Assembly (NCBI GenBank): GCA_030605835.1
Contig: JAUWHO010000023.1
Span: 201,834-265,833 of the forward strand
Length of the DNA: 64,000 nt
Direction of reading: 5' to 3'
DNA from: Candidatus Zixiibacteriota bacterium
GTDB lineage: Bacteria > Zixibacteria > MSB-5A5 > DG-27
Shown here piece after piece: positions 60,001 to 64,000 of this stretch (the first letter of the stretch is position 1; each line of letters begins with the position of its first letter). The translations under genes and the position numbers were made by a program. A model generated the notes under the pieces. It was not told where the DNA came from. It worked only from the letters and a program-made list of their open reading frames with translations, and ran no database searches.

Positions 60001-60226
60001 TCCGATCCTTCCGCCGAACCCTGGAATCGGTTTTAGGAATCAGATAACCATTGCCATCGGGGACAAATAACGCACAACCGACGCCTCCGAAGATGCTCTG
60101 AATCTCCTTGACCAGGAGTCTTTCTATCTTCTCCAAATCAACATTGGAGAGAATCGCCGTGGAGAGCTTGTTTAGAGCCTCTAATTGTTGTTGATAGCTG
60201 CTGGCCACTCCTTCGCCCTTTTTCAT
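56993..60226 (-). CDS. Cytoplasmic histidine kinase, GAF-GAF-PAS-GAF-GAF-HisKA_3-HATPase
   Basis: ELHDSVGQ, QEGLNNIAKH, DDGIG; repeated GAF signatures; PAS MANPA...RADG. Confidence 0.92.
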   Translation of the reverse strand: MKKGEGVASSYQQQLEALNKLSTAILSNVDLEKIERLLVKEIQSIFGGVGCALFVPDGNGYLIPKTDSRVRRKDRRRIRVKIGKGVTGKAWTLRKPIYSNDIQADDDLSEGIHPATLRLKITKLLSVSLLLDGEPVGVLSVGRRGQDPDFAELDGQLLTNLGQQAAIAYKRATVHQALERDQETLRRKNQELLEKEEELLQSNLESKLLNDISNIVNSSLDFDKVLSSIMRETCKVLGYQAAAMFLYNSREKTLDMVSSYKGTMPGTRNVKELGFHLHDAFGGQSFKLGKITSFHKVGPKEKSRIHKIFYDLKLKSAAYIPVVAKEKKIGLLALVSRQEVRLEPSLERLASAIGNQVGIAIENASIHQALKRKQEALQESEEKYRRVFEDSLIGLYRTTPDGRILMANPALLNMLGYSTLDVLSHRNLEESGFGPASPRSMFADLIETKGEVVGLESAWIRADGSTLYVRENARAIRDGDGNTLYYEGSVEDITASKLLSEISEIVNSSLDLDEVLRSVMRETCMALGFQMAAVYLHNPTERRLELRSTYNTTKATAEKLKEVTFQVQQSLTGRCFKSGKVISYDKLNAARRKKVHKFFYQQRLKALTCIPVTARGETIGVLNLVSREEVRLDPFLERMAAAIGNQVGIAIENAQLFQNTSEQAKKLASWNKRLSTYLSISRAATEYTDLDGFLAQIVKLVADNFSADRCAVTLLDETRNFAVVKAFHAKKVKPFPVIGERIELAKFPNLSAVCLQGEIRFLNPETFKEATPSEHEYTMKTKMKAGMFTPLECEKESLGALCLYHAEGNRRYRQEEVDFLAAIGNHVATAVKKYELAQEVEEKKRNLERLASEMIQLQEKERKAVAAELHDSVGQSLTAMRMNLDFAENSLPPGRKELKSRIRQTSKLVADTMEEIRSIGQKLRPTMLDDLGLIPTLRWFIKDFSQQLSIPVHFRSQGNTKRLTPDLKITVYRIVQEGLNNIAKHSKATEAWISLQVKNSVCSLEIKDDGIGIDAEKVLKSTDARRGFGVFNIRERASLLGGKLEIQSDKGKGTTLLVTIPIPEGEPDEQSQSSISR

Positions 60227-60356
60227 ATTAAATCCAATGAAATAACTCTTTCTTCAATTTAATAAACTCTTGGACTTTGTCAATAGTTTCTTTTGTAGCT
60301 CGCTTTCAAGTTGCCGGATGGAAAAGCGCTTTCAGGAGCCTGCGAATGAGCGCTTC

Positions 60357-62144
60357 TCAGCTCTGATCGCTGATGTTCCCCAAGGACTCAACCCGCCCCA
60401 GCAACCTCGGCTCCACCAGAATGCTCTCCTCCTGCTGGACTAAGACCAACCCTGGCTTAGCTTTCCTCGGTTTACGGAGATGTTTCACTAAGGTGTAGGA
60501 GACCGATACCTTACTGGAGGTCCTCTGCTTACTGAAATAAGCCGCCAGGGAGGCGGCCTCCTCAACAGAGGCCTTCGAGGGTTGACTCTTTTTGCGGGGA
60601 CGTTTCAAAACGACGTGGGAGCCATGAGCCCCGCGGGCGTGAAACCAGATGTCCTCCCTGGAGGCCATCTTAAAGGTCAGATAATCGTTTTCCTTAGCAC
60701 TCTTCCCCACCAGCACCCTCCAGCCATCCGAGGTCACAAACTCGCGGGGGCGAAATCCAGTCCTCACCTTTCCCTTGACAGAAGTCCTTTTCGTCTCCCG
60801 GGGAGTATCGGTAATGCCGAGAGGAGCCAATTGCCTTTTCAAATTCAGAAGAAGATACTCGGCGGGCTCGGATTCTAAGCTCTCTTGGGCTCTCTCCAGG
60901 ATCTCAAGCTCGGAGCTGATCTTCTGCAGTTGCGCTTGCAGTTTCTTTTCACCGGCGACGGCCTTGCGGAATTTCTTGTAGTACCATCTGGCATTCTCCA
61001 GAATGTTCATTTTCGGGTCAAGGCCGACGGTGACAGCCTCCGGGGGCACCTTGAAGATATTGTCGACGGTGATCTCCTTTCGGCCTCTCTTCTTTTTATC
61101 GTGCTGGAGCATCAAAAGGTCGCCACAGATCTTATAGAGCTCTCTTTGTTGCGACTCGGAAAGCCTTTGCTGAAGCAGTTCTTTTCGCCTTCTCGTTTTA
61201 GCAGCTAGACCACTGACCTTACGGGTCAACATCGACCACCGTCTCTGGAGCTCTCTTGTCTTGATGAAGCGTCGATAGAAAAAGGTCGTGGCTTCAAGCA
61301 AAGAGGGGAAGCGTCTGGTCAACTTCTCAGGAGCATCAATCGGGATGTAGAACAGAAGCTCCTTTGGATTACCTTCCCGGTCTATAATTACGGCGGCGTT
61401 CTCCTTCTCTGAAGGTGAGGGGCAGTAGAGTCGCTCGACGGCTCGGCATAGGGCGATCAAATCTTCCCTTGAGAGTTCTCCGACCTTCGCTCCCAAACCA
61501 ATCCCTGTCCGAGCCGCTATCTCCTTAATGATTGAGTCGTTGAGTCCCCAGATGTTGGAGGCGAGCAGGCCCTTAAAACTCTTGCCCGGCTCTCTCCCGA
61601 TCAGAGATGAGAGCTTCTCGAAGTCAAGTTCCAGGGGGGAGAGCTTATCCTGCTTGGGGAGGGGAGAGTATAGCTTACCGGGGGCAACCTCTCGACCCCT
61701 TTTCTTGCCGGCCCTGACGACCCGCAAGCACTGGGAGATTTTACCGCTCTTGGCCTCGACAAGGATGAGGTTGGCTTGAGGACCGGTCAGCTCCAGAATT
61801 AGTCGATAATGCTTCCTTTCGCTAATCTCGGTTGCTTTTTCGACTGAGAACTCTAAGGCGCGATCGAAGCCGAGCCGAGAGAGCTCTGTTATCTGTCCTC
61901 CCTGAATAGAGGTGAGCAGGTGTGAGCCCCCCTCCCAGTTTGGTTCGGTTTTCTCCAAAAGCTCCACCCGGCAAAACTCCGGATGGGCAGAGAGCAAAAG
62001 GTATTTCCGTCTCTTCCGCTGTTGTATCTCCAGAATGGCAGTCTTCTCCGCAGCGATGGTGAATACCTCCTTTATCCTCCAACCCAGGATGGTTCCCTGC
62101 AACTCGGAAGCCAAGAGATGTACGTGAGAGGCGGTCAGGATCAT
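60357..62144 (-). CDS. rqcH: Ribosome quality-control factor RqcH (NFACT/FbpA)
   Basis: NFACT-N with GFDR, ENARWYYKK, NFACT-R VGKSAKEND...WFHARG..GSHV. Confidence 0.85.
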   Translation of the reverse strand: MILTASHVHLLASELQGTILGWRIKEVFTIAAEKTAILEIQQRKRRKYLLLSAHPEFCRVELLEKTEPNWEGGSHLLTSIQGGQITELSRLGFDRALEFSVEKATEISERKHYRLILELTGPQANLILVEAKSGKISQCLRVVRAGKKRGREVAPGKLYSPLPKQDKLSPLELDFEKLSSLIGREPGKSFKGLLASNIWGLNDSIIKEIAARTGIGLGAKVGELSREDLIALCRAVERLYCPSPSEKENAAVIIDREGNPKELLFYIPIDAPEKLTRRFPSLLEATTFFYRRFIKTRELQRRWSMLTRKVSGLAAKTRRRKELLQQRLSESQQRELYKICGDLLMLQHDKKKRGRKEITVDNIFKVPPEAVTVGLDPKMNILENARWYYKKFRKAVAGEKKLQAQLQKISSELEILERAQESLESEPAEYLLLNLKRQLAPLGITDTPRETKRTSVKGKVRTGFRPREFVTSDGWRVLVGKSAKENDYLTFKMASREDIWFHARGAHGSHVVLKRPRKKSQPSKASVEEAASLAAYFSKQRTSSKVSVSYTLVKHLRKPRKAKPGLVLVQQEESILVEPRLLGRVESLGNISDQS

Positions 62145-62333
62145 AGTGAATTCTCAGTCAGTGATAGCCAGGCTCTCGTAAATATAACTAAGCCGTCCGG
62201 CCGAAGCCATATCTTAATTATATGAACATGCTCACCCCCCAACCTCTGTTTATGCCCTCCCGAAGTCACTGGGAGATCAGCAACTAAAGCCCGATCAGGG
62301 ACTCACAATTGTCATTTTTTTTTGCTATTTCAC

Positions 62334-62362
62334 TTGCAATTTCGAGCCTGTCATGTTAAATT
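62334..62362 (+). promoter_or_regulatory. dciA-gyrB promoter
   Basis: TTGCAA-17-TAAATT with TGn. Confidence 0.55.
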
Positions 62363-62409
62363 ATCTTATTAATCTATAGTGACTTAAGCCGGTTTCCCGG
62401 AGGTCGAAA

Positions 62410-62709
62410 ATAATTAAAGGAAACTCTTTTGAAGCCTTAGGGGAAATCCTCTCCCGCACTCTCAAGGGCGCGGGATATCAGGCTAGATTGCTGGAACTTA
62501 CGGCGGTTCAGAAGTGGAATGAGGTTTGCGGAGAGGGAATCTCTAAGGTGTCGGAGGCATACAAGATCGAGGATTCCAAGCTCTTTGTGAGGGTGGAGTC
62601 CGCGCCCTGGAGAAACGAACTTCTATACCTCAAGCCTCGGCTGATTAGCGAATTGAACCGGCTAATCGGTGAAGAGGTAGTCAAGGACATAGTCTTTACA
62701 CAGGCCTAG
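62410..62709 (+). CDS. dciA: DciA (DUF721) helicase loader, probably with a non-canonical start
   Basis: FEALGEILSRTL...QKWNEVCG...LFVRVESAPWRNEL...VKDIVF; directly upstream of gyrB. Confidence 0.8.
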   Translation: MIKGNSFEALGEILSRTLKGAGYQARLLELTAVQKWNEVCGEGISKVSEAYKIEDSKLFVRVESAPWRNELLYLKPRLISELNRLIGEEVVKDIVFTQA

Positions 62710-62731
62710 CAGCTGAAGGAAGAGCTTTGAG

Positions 62732-64000
62732 ATGACAAGAACTGGAATTCCTGAAGGAGCCCTTACGAGGGAAGAAGAAATTACGAAGGCAGTCGAGCCC
62801 GGCGCATACGATGCCTCCACCATTCAGGTTCTGAAAGGGTTGGAGGCCGTCAGGCGAAGACCGGCGATGTATATCGGGGATGTCTCCGCCAGAGGCTTAC
62901 ACCATCTGGTTTACGAGGTGGTCGACAACTCCATCGACGAAGCCATGGCCGGCTTTTGCGATTACATAAAAGTATCCCTCGACAAAGAGGGCACTGTCAC
63001 CGTTTACGATAACGGTCGTGGCATTCCGGTGGACAAGCATCCCACTCAAAACAAACCCGCCCTGGAAGTCGTAATGACGATGCTTCACGCCGGGGGGAAA
63101 TTCGACCACCAGACCTATAAAGTCTCAGGCGGCCTGCACGGAGTCGGGGTCTCGGTCGTGAACGCTCTTTCCGAATGGTGCCAGGTGGAGGTCAGTCGTG
63201 ATGGCACCGTTTACTTCCAGAGATATGAGCGCGGCGAGGCGACCACCCCGGTAAAGAAAATCGGCAAAAAGAAACAGTCCGGCACCAAGACCACCTTCAT
63301 GCCCGACCCCCTGATCTTCAAGAAGAGGGATTTCTCCTATGATACCGTCGCCGGTCGGTTGAAGGAGCTGGCCTTCTTGAACGCCGGGCTGAAGATAGAT
63401 TTCGTCGACGACAGGGACGGAAAGTCGGAATCCTTTCTCTACAAGGGAGGGCTTTCCGCTTTCGTGAAGTACTTAAACGAGAACAAGGATCCGCTCTATC
63501 CTAAGCCGATCTCTTTTTCCACCACCAAAGATACGACTGATGTTGACATCGCTATTCAGTATTGCGACGGGTACGCCGAGAATATCTTCACCTACGTAAA
63601 CAACATCAACACCCTGGAGGGGGGAACCCACCTGGTGGGATTCAAATCCGCCCTAACCCGGACCATCAACGAATACGCTAAGAAGAATAACCTCCTCAAG
63701 AACGGTGACCCCCCATTGCAGGGAGAGGACTGTCGGGAGGGGATTACCGGAGTGATCTCGGTGAAGATCCCCGAGCCTCAGTTCGAAGGCCAGACCAAGA
63801 CCAAACTGGGCAACTCCGAGATCAAGGGGATCGTGGAGTCGATCGTCGGGGAGGGTTTGGGAACCTTCTTCGAGGAGAACCCTTCGGTTGCAAGAAAGAT
63901 CGTGGAGAAAAGCCGGGGCGCCGCCCGCTCCCGGGAGGCCGCCAGGAAGGCCAGAGAGTTGGTCCGCCGCAAGTCGGCACTTGAATCTTCCGGCCTGCCG
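62732..64000 (+). CDS. gyrB: DNA gyrase subunit B, 5' part (runs off window)
   Basis: Manual translation: YDASTIQVLKGLEAVRRRPAMYIG, EVVDNSIDE, SGGLHGVGVS, FEGQTKTKLGN. Confidence 0.96.
   Translation, partial: MTRTGIPEGALTREEEITKAVEPGAYDASTIQVLKGLEAVRRRPAMYIGDVSARGLHHLVYEVVDNSIDEAMAGFCDYIKVSLDKEGTVTVYDNGRGIPVDKHPTQNKPALEVVMTMLHAGGKFDHQTYKVSGGLHGVGVSVVNALSEWCQVEVSRDGTVYFQRYERGEATTPVKKIGKKKQSGTKTTFMPDPLIFKKRDFSYDTVAGRLKELAFLNAGLKIDFVDDRDGKSESFLYKGGLSAFVKYLNENKDPLYPKPISFSTTKDTTDVDIAIQYCDGYAENIFTYVNNINTLEGGTHLVGFKSALTRTINEYAKKNNLLKNGDPPLQGEDCREGITGVISVKIPEPQFEGQTKTKLGNSEIKGIVESIVGEGLGTFFEENPSVARKIVEKSRGAARSREAARKARELVRRKSALESSGLP

Noticed and set aside
62145..62400. Possible oriC near gyrB
   Set aside because: No DnaA-box cluster or dnaA seen

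Overview
Chromosomal 64-kb window from an anaerobic diderm bacterium, probably FCB-group (Zixibacteria-like). This is inferred from five secreted proteins carrying a PNPF(N)...K(M/L)xLx(K/R) C-terminal sorting domain. In order, it holds: the end of a surface-polysaccharide cluster (flippase, GT4s, O-antigen ligase-like, CapK-like ligase, epimerase, GT2s); two sorting-domain cargo genes; a DUF4258/YgiT-zinc-finger pair beside rtcA; a fermentative-metabolism block (gdh, kbl-tdh, dcd-porCDAB, malic enzyme, FAD/Fe-S dehydrogenase, cobO, trxB) with two Rex-like boxes; an HD-GYP regulator; a long mixed housekeeping run; a CbrT-like ECF S-component with a TonB-dependent receptor; a retropepsin/DUF5678 pair; a multi-GAF two-component system; rqcH, dciA and the 5' part of gyrB. 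I saw no tRNA, rRNA, CRISPR array or transposase. The most notable unexplained signals are non-coding. (1) A ~190-220-nt structured RNA candidate with its own promoter shares a -35 element with tdh-kbl. (2) A C-rich-loop sRNA candidate sits below a palindromic box just downstream of a NarL-type regulator. (3) Heptamer tandem arrays are scattered at operon boundaries. (4) dciA appears to start at ATA or ATT. All calls come from reading the sequence by eye; no searches or folding programs were run.
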